Origin: Octopus bimaculoides
Lineage: Eukaryota
Assembly: GCF_001194135.2 (NCBI RefSeq)
Contig: NC_068983.1
Coordinates: forward strand, 36,014,150 to 36,078,149
DNA: 64,000 nt
Reading direction: 5' to 3'
The position numbers were made by a program, and so were the translations under genes. Below are positions 63,699-64,000 of the stretch, one piece after another; the stretch's first letter is position 1; every line of letters begins with the position of its first letter. The notes under the pieces are model-generated. The model saw nothing but the letters and a program-made list of their open reading frames with translations, made no database searches and was not told the origin of the DNA.

Positions 63699-64000
63699 TA
63701 ATTGTTTTTGTTTCAACACACAATCTCAGATCAAGTCATTTGCTATGCAAGTACATCATCATCATCATCATCATCGTTTAACGTCCGCTTTCCATGCTAG
63801 CATGGGTTGGACGATTTGACTGAGGACTGGTGAAACCGGATGGCAACACCAGGCTCCAGTCTGATTTGGCAGAGTTTCTACAGCTGGATGCCCTTCCTAA
63901 CGCCAACCACTCAGAGAGTGTAGTGGGTGCTTTTACGTGTCACCCGCACGAAAACGGCCACGCTCGAAATGGTGTCTTTTATGTGCCACCCGCACAAGCC

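Overview
Eukaryotic, AT-rich, repeat-dense animal DNA. The LINE/SINE/MITE landscape and (TA)n-flanked N gaps match an octopod cephalopod, probably an Octopus assembly; this is inferred from recalled repeat families, not from a database search. I hand-spliced four intron-containing genes. (1) The 3' part of Nup93 (+, 11 exons, 678-19177). (2) A complete ARL2BP/BART CDS (-, 6 exons, 27838-20159, 156 aa), tail-to-tail with Nup93. (3) An unrecognised single-pass membrane protein (-, ATG 46028). Its first two exons are solid; its 3' exons are tentative and include a candidate 6-nt microexon at 42545-42550. (4) A complete CENP-H-like CDS (+, 8 exons, 54418-60988, 226 aa), head-to-head with gene 3. 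Introns contain about 30 5'-truncated RTE-LINE 3' ends with modular tandem arrays, tRNA-derived SINEs, dead Tc1/mariner/maT transposons, hAT-, piggyBac- and Mutator-type MITEs, a lone LTR plus gag remnant, and three long foldbacks. There is no CRISPR array, rRNA or true tRNA gene. Nearly all ORFs in the supplied track are repeat, microsatellite or gap artefacts.
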